Positions 59,078-64,000 of a stretch of 64,000 nucleotides of DNA are shown piece after piece. The translations under genes and the position numbers were made by a program. Origin of the DNA: an uncultured Gemmatimonadaceae bacterium (GTDB lineage Bacteria > Gemmatimonadota > Gemmatimonadetes > Gemmatimonadales > Gemmatimonadaceae); contig CAWAGQ010000005.1 of the NCBI GenBank assembly GCA_963781585.1, positions 256,001-320,000 on the forward strand. The letters run 5' to 3'. A model generated the notes under the pieces. That model saw only the letters and a program-made list of their open reading frames with translations, was not told the DNA's origin and did no database searches. Positions within the stretch are counted from its first letter, which is position 1; the number at the start of each line of letters is the position of its first letter.

Positions 59078-59530
59078 ATGGCGCTCTTCAACAAACCACC
59101 TAACGAGCTGATGCCACAGCGACCAGACCCCTCCCCAGTTCCCGAAGGCACCCCCTCGGTCATTGCGCCGGGAATGAAGATCGTCGGCGATGTCGAAACC
59201 AGCGGCGTCGTGAAAGTAGACGGTGCCATCGAAGGCTCCATCCGCGGCGCCCGCCAGGTGCTCCTCGGACGAAGCGGCAGCATTCAAGGCGACGTGCACG
59301 CCGAAGAGGCGATACTTGCCGGCAAGGTCGTCGGCACCGTGGCCGCTAGCGAACGCGTTGAGGTCCAGAGCAGTTGCCGGATCGATGGCGATATCTCGAC
59401 GCGGAGCATTGTGGTGCTCGAAGGCGGCGTCATCAACGGCAACGTCAGAATGGATGAGTCAGCCAGCCGGTCCGCTGGTATTCCGGTAACCGTTTCGCCA
59501 CCTGCGCGACAGATATCGCTAACCCAATAG
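59078..59530 (+). CDS. Bactofilin (polymer-forming cytoskeletal protein)
   Basis: SVIAPGMKIVGDV..VKVDGAIEGSI..GSIQGDV..GKVVGTV..IDGDI..GGVINGNVRM beta-helix repeats. Confidence 0.92.
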   Translation: MALFNKPPNELMPQRPDPSPVPEGTPSVIAPGMKIVGDVETSGVVKVDGAIEGSIRGARQVLLGRSGSIQGDVHAEEAILAGKVVGTVAASERVEVQSSCRIDGDISTRSIVVLEGGVINGNVRMDESASRSAGIPVTVSPPARQISLTQ

Positions 59531-59531
59531 G

Positions 59532-59700
59532 TTCTCCACGGTGGAAAACATACGTTTTCCACCCATGGACTATCAGCCATAGCATCAGACGGATACGGCA
59601 CTATGGTCTGCTTTCAAACAGCCGTTTCCAGACGTCTTCAACTCCAATCTCCACACGTCGGCACAAGGTGACCGAACGCTATCCCGGTCATCATCATTCC
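59532..59700. other. Cluster of degenerate DnaA-box-like motifs, including a perfect hairpin
   Basis: TTCTCCACG (59532), GGTGGAAAAC-ATAC-GTTTTCCACC (59540-59563), ATCTCCACA (59648). Confidence 0.35.
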
Positions 59701-60034
59701 GAAGCCGGCCTGCATCGTGTGTGTAGCCGGGGGCCCAGGCGTATGGCTAGAAAACAGGGCCTTGGTGTGGCGAGCTCAAGCCGCACGGGTTCCCTTCCGA
59801 AGTCGGTAGTTCGCCGTTTTTGACGAGGGGATACTCGGCCGCTCTGCTGCTCTCCCTTGACACCGATATTCCATTCGGATGCGCGTGAGAGTCACTACTA
59901 GTCCAAGTCTCGCCCCCGCCGCACTCCTTGCTCGCGGGTCCTGTTGACGTGCGTCGGCCTCTCTCCAGCGCGCACGTTCGATCCAGGTGCGTGGAATCTG
60001 GCCGCCCATCCCCGATCCTCCCCATTGGCCGGTC

Positions 60035-60811
60035 ATGACAGCCTCGATTCGAGACATTACTACGTATCTCGACTCGCTACTCAGTACATCGTCGATTCCC
60101 GACTATCCACTCGCGCTGAACGGACTTCAGTGCGAGCATCGCGGTCCGGTGCACCGTATCGCCTCCGCCGTGGATTTTTCGCTCAGGACAGTGGAAGAGA
60201 CGGCACGCCGCGGTGCCAACCTGCTTCTCGTTCATCATGGCATGTTCTGGGGCGGCCTTGAGCCGTTGAGGGGCGCGACTCTTGAACGGCTTCGCTTGCT
60301 GCTCACCCATGACATCGCGGTATACGCGTCTCACCTGCCCCTAGACGCGCACGATCAGTTAGGCAACAGTCTGCTCCTCGCACATGCCCTGGGACTTGTG
60401 CCGTCCCGCCCTTTCGCGCACTTCCAAGGAGTCCCCATCGGCGTCGCGGGCAAGTCCGAGCTGTTGACAGAGGAGCTGATTGGACGTGCCGAGCGGTTTG
60501 CCCAAGAATGGGGTGGCAGGGCTCGCGCCTCTGCGGGCGGAAGCGGTCGACACACGCGACTCTGGGGGATCTGCACGGGGGCGGGGGCGACGCCCGAGAC
60601 GTTGCGGGAGGCCCGCGCCCTTGGGCTGGACACGCTAATCGTTGGGGAGGGCTCTCATCACACAGCGGTGGCGGCGCCGGAGCTTGGCCTTGTGATCATC
60701 TATGCGGGTCACTACGCCACTGAAACACTGGGCGTTCGCGCGCTCGGCGAACGATTGTCTGCCCAATTCGACCTGCCGTCGGAGTTCATTCTCGCTCCGA
60801 CCGGGTTGTGA
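60035..60811 (+). CDS. Nif3/YbgI-like dinuclear metal protein
   Basis: DY..ALNGLQ, VHHG.FW, HLPLDAH..GN, GHYATETLGV, PTGL. Confidence 0.92.
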   Translation: MTASIRDITTYLDSLLSTSSIPDYPLALNGLQCEHRGPVHRIASAVDFSLRTVEETARRGANLLLVHHGMFWGGLEPLRGATLERLRLLLTHDIAVYASHLPLDAHDQLGNSLLLAHALGLVPSRPFAHFQGVPIGVAGKSELLTEELIGRAERFAQEWGGRARASAGGSGRHTRLWGICTGAGATPETLREARALGLDTLIVGEGSHHTAVAAPELGLVIIYAGHYATETLGVRALGERLSAQFDLPSEFILAPTGL

Positions 60812-60941
60812 GCATCTTACGGACGTGAGCAGACGCGGAGCGCCGCAGTCCACGTGCACCGGACTCCTTGAGACAATGACCACTCGGCGCTGCACAATGC
60901 CGTGACACGACGGCCTCGCCGGTTCGATCCTTCGCGCATTC

Positions 60942-62180
60942 ATGAAAGCAGCTGATCCTTCAAGACCTCGAGCCGCCGACGTGGAGGACCTGATTTCAGG
61001 ACATCGCGCCCGCGTCCAGTTAGGTGTTCTCTCGCTCGCGATGGTTCTGGGTATGGCCCCGTGGTTTGCGGCCACGGTCGTAGCGCCCGCAATGTCACGC
61101 GAGCTTTCCCTTTCGGCAGGCCTCCAGGCTTGGCTAACTCTCGCCGTCCAGCTCGGCTTCGTAACCGGCTCGATCGCGAGCGCGACGCTGCTCCTGAGCG
61201 ATCGGTTCAGCGCGCGTGGCCTGGCGATGGTCTGTGCGACCCTGGCCGGAGTGGCGACTGTCCTGCTGACGCTCTCCCATCTGGGCGGGACTGAGGCGAT
61301 CGTCCTTCGCTTGATGACCGGAGTCGCTCTCGCTGGCGTCTATCCGCCCGGAATCAAGATAGCCGCGGGATGGACAGAGTCTCGCCGCGGGACCGCCATC
61401 GGGGTGCTCGTCGGTGCACTCACGTTAGGTACCGCTGCCCCGCATCTCCTCCGTCTGGTCGCGAACCTCGACCGATGGCGCCCAGTTCTGTACTGGGCCA
61501 GCACCAGTGCATTCTCGAGTGCGTTCGTCTTCGGTGCACTTGTGCGCGAGGGACCATTTCAGTCGCCTTCGGCACCGTTTGACCCACGCGCGCTGGGACG
61601 CGTGTTAGGCGATCGAGGAGTTGCGCTCGCAACCGGTGGATACCTCGGTCACATGTGGGAGCTCTACGCCATGTGGAGCACCCTCGGAATATTCCTCGCC
61701 GAGACGGTCCGAACTCACGCTCGTCCCGCGCGGTTCGCCCCACTACTTGCTTTTGCAGTGATCGGATTGGGTGGTGCCGTGGGAAGCGTGAGCGCCGGAG
61801 TCTGGGCTGACCGCGTTGGCAAGGCCCGTGTAGCAATTGCGGCCATGGTAGTGAGCGGTATTTGCGCGATCACAGTCGGTCCTCTCGCCTTGGCGTCCTT
61901 CCGCGCAGGAGTGATCGTCGCTTTCATCTGGGGCGTGGCCATCGTGGCCGACTCGGCGCAGTTCTCAGCGTGCGTCGCCGAGCTCGCCCCAAAGGCTTAC
62001 GTCGGAACTGCCGTCACCACGCAGACGGCCCTGGGGTTTCTCCTTACGATGTTCACAATTCACTTCGTGCCGGAATGGGCTGCCTCCTGGGGGTGGCAAT
62101 GGGCATATGCGCCGCTCGCGATCGGCCCCGCGTTCGGCATCGTGGCGATGCGGCAGTTATGGTTGGATACGCGTGTCTAG
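60942..62180 (+). CDS. MFS transporter
   Basis: About 12 TM helices; VQLGFV.G, LAGVYPPG.K, GYLGHMWELYAMW, ADSAQFSA. Confidence 0.9.
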   Translation: MKAADPSRPRAADVEDLISGHRARVQLGVLSLAMVLGMAPWFAATVVAPAMSRELSLSAGLQAWLTLAVQLGFVTGSIASATLLLSDRFSARGLAMVCATLAGVATVLLTLSHLGGTEAIVLRLMTGVALAGVYPPGIKIAAGWTESRRGTAIGVLVGALTLGTAAPHLLRLVANLDRWRPVLYWASTSAFSSAFVFGALVREGPFQSPSAPFDPRALGRVLGDRGVALATGGYLGHMWELYAMWSTLGIFLAETVRTHARPARFAPLLAFAVIGLGGAVGSVSAGVWADRVGKARVAIAAMVVSGICAITVGPLALASFRAGVIVAFIWGVAIVADSAQFSACVAELAPKAYVGTAVTTQTALGFLLTMFTIHFVPEWAASWGWQWAYAPLAIGPAFGIVAMRQLWLDTRV

Positions 62181-62222
62181 CCATTCCGCCGAGCATTCGT
62201 CTTCCCCAGGCTGGAACGCGCT

Positions 62223-62260
62223 CTTCCACTCGCGGCCCGCGCTTCCACTCGCGGCCCGCG
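62223..62260 (+). repeat. Perfect 2 x 19-bp tandem repeat
   Basis: CTTCCACTCGCGGCCCGCG x2 in a convergent intergenic gap. Confidence 0.85.
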
Positions 62261-62385
62261 CACGGCATTGCCGCCTTGACCGGCGCGCAGATCCATCTCG
62301 GGAATGCAATCGCAATCGTGACCGACCGTCCGCGGGCGAACAAGCTCGAATCGATAGTCGACCTCTCAGCAGGTCGCGAGGCTGC

Positions 62386-63372
62386 TCAGCACCCTGCATA
62401 TGCACTTCGCCAACGCCGGACCCATTGCGAGGGGGCTTCTCGCTCGAGGAGCTCGAGTCGGAATCCGTCTCCGATCTCCCGACGAACGAGGAGTGCCACG
62501 GCGCCGTTGCGAAGCTGAAGTATTCCCAAGAGCTCCAAGGACTCGAGGCTTTCCTCGTATCCCACTGTACGCTCTGTGTAGCCAACCGTCAGGACGTGTT
62601 TCGGGTCACCCTGCCTGCCCTCGAGGACAAGTACCAGTTGCTCCTGAAGTGGATTCGCCTCCTGATTGACGATCCGGGCGACCTCGGCAAGGACGCCGGT
62701 GTCGCCGTCAGCCAGTCTGAACCGATTTGCCTGTCGCACGATGTACGGTCGGCCGCGAAACACGCTCGCGGTATCAATGTCGGCAATTGACGCGGCACGC
62801 GCCAAGGCGATCGTGAGCTCCAACGAGTCTGCTCCGGAGAGCGCTGGCAGAGAGTCGAAGGGGAGCGGGATCGCGCGGTTGTGCGGAAAGGCGATACTCC
62901 AAGGACGTATCAGGGGCTGGGCGTCGCTCCGACGCAATTCGGCGACCGGCCACGCCGCGCACGGCGCGAGCGTGTCGGCGTGCACGGCAACAATTCGTGC
63001 GTAGCGGACGGAATCTCCCCGCAACAGGAGATCGAGTTCGGCGTTCACGCGATGTCCCGGTTCGAGCCGGAGAGTATCGAGATGCGCTGAAGTGGAGAAG
63101 ACCGGGTCAATGAGTAGGGCCGTTGACGGATTGTCGCCCGAAAGAGCAAAGAAGGAACCCGCGATCGTATCCCAGACGGCCGCCAACGTGACCGTTGGTG
63201 TGAACGTCCCTGGTGACGGCGGGGCTCCCGCTGCAGTAGTGTCCTTGCGGCCGGGCGGGTGCTCTCCTGAGCATGCCGCGAGCGTCACCACTACGATGGT
63301 CAGCCCGACAAGAGCGCGGCAGATGTGTCTGGACATCGACATTGAATCTGTCCGGTCGGCGTAATCCGTCAA
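62386..63372 (-). CDS. Hypothetical lipoprotein
   Basis: Hydrophobic signal plus LAAC lipobox (start may be 63336); ends WRSAYAGC. Confidence 0.7.
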   Translation of the reverse strand: MTDYADRTDSMSMSRHICRALVGLTIVVVTLAACSGEHPPGRKDTTAAGAPPSPGTFTPTVTLAAVWDTIAGSFFALSGDNPSTALLIDPVFSTSAHLDTLRLEPGHRVNAELDLLLRGDSVRYARIVAVHADTLAPCAAWPVAELRRSDAQPLIRPWSIAFPHNRAIPLPFDSLPALSGADSLELTIALARAASIADIDTASVFRGRPYIVRQANRFRLADGDTGVLAEVARIVNQEANPLQEQLVLVLEGRQGDPKHVLTVGYTERTVGYEESLESLELLGILQLRNGAVALLVRREIGDGFRLELLEREAPSQWVRRWRSAYAGC

Positions 63373-63503
63373 TTAAGGTTGCCGCACCCGCAAGTCGCCT
63401 CTGCCGGCGCGAATGACATCGACGTCGCCAGGAGATGGTGTGATCCGTGTCACCGGACACCTCGCACAGCGGGAGTCGCAGCCGGTCGAACCTCGTTTGC
63501 CTC

Positions 63504-63839
63504 TTACGTGTCTCTGGAACTGTACGACTCAACGCGCACTCGCTGCGTGAGTGCGGCGTCCAAGACCGCGCCTGCCAGGTCCCAATGCCATGCTGGCCGC
63601 TGGCGTGCCGTTCGCGGATCCTTGAGGGGCTTGTACTGCAGTCCGTCGGCAGGCAGACCGTGTTGCACTCCGAACGCCAGGAGACGCGCACGGTCGGTGG
63701 ACACGACATGAGCCATCGCCCGCCCACCCCAGACGTGGCGATGCAGCCAAAGCCCGCCCTCCATTGCGTGGATCATGCCATCCCGGCGGCGCGCGAATTC
63801 GGCGATGACAAGGGGGCTGCCCACGAGTACGTCAGTCAT
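63504..63839 (-). CDS. DUF4031-like small protein
   Basis: AHVVSTD...LLAFG..HGL....LQ...HWDL resembles the DUF4031 pattern. Confidence 0.55.
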   Translation of the reverse strand: MTDVLVGSPLVIAEFARRRDGMIHAMEGGLWLHRHVWGGRAMAHVVSTDRARLLAFGVQHGLPADGLQYKPLKDPRTARQRPAWHWDLAGAVLDAALTQRVRVESYSSRDT

Positions 63840-64000
63840 GCCGCAAATATGCGCTACCGGACTACTGACAGACCATCAGTCCTTCGCTGGTCGCTGGCGC
63901 CAGTGGAGGAATACTGCCGATAAACATGGCGCACTCAATTGGGTAAGCGAGCGGATGTGTGACCTTCGCGGACCACCCGGCGGCGGAGGCAATTCCGAAT

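Noticed and set aside
62223..62260. Tandem repeat as CRISPR or iteron
   Set aside because: Only two abutting copies, no spacers, and no cas or rep gene nearby; probably a slippage duplication.
1..64000. Many long antisense or alternate-frame ORFs (e.g. 1469..2986, 25222..26508, 47946..49094)
   Set aside because: Shadow ORFs of GC-rich coding sequence, Arg/Pro/Ala-rich and without motifs.
1..64000. CRISPR arrays, IS elements, prophage, rRNA, known defence systems
   Set aside because: No repeat-spacer arrays, transposase/integrase/phage motifs, rRNA signatures or defence domains recognised.

Overview
A GC-rich stretch of bacterial core chromosome. The gene set and order (futalosine MqnD, a Hanks kinase, M16 pair, Nif3, mnmG...parA-parB-bactofilin) look like Gemmatimonadota, which is my inference. 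It is probably origin-proximal, because it carries mnmG, parAB and a perfect parS. Contents: tRNA-Cys; a nitrogen cluster (ggt, GSIII, GSI, two Thr/Ser dehydratases); a divergent argCBD / argR-argG-argH cluster with ARG boxes; ispG, murB and other housekeeping genes. I found no CRISPR array, rRNA, integrase or transposase. Scattered 1-nt frameshifts (ggt, argD, argG, terC, about 10 in GSIII) suggest long-read indel errors. Most notable: (1) a tail-anchored protein with a degenerate [FeFe]-hydrogenase/Nar1-like H-domain; (2) an NrtR-like regulator with twin 21-bp operators, one in front of a small protein bearing a beta-clamp-binding-like motif; (3) a chromosomal plasmid-type Rep initiator, without iterons, near a charge-balanced acidic/H1-like protein; (4) a perfect Rex box in front of a blue-copper lipoprotein, GAF reductase and catalytically degenerate SpoT-type HD protein; (5) a degenerate HisA; (6) an HTH/AT-hook gene whose RBS lies inside a perfect palindrome. 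All calls come from reading motifs by eye; no searches were run.
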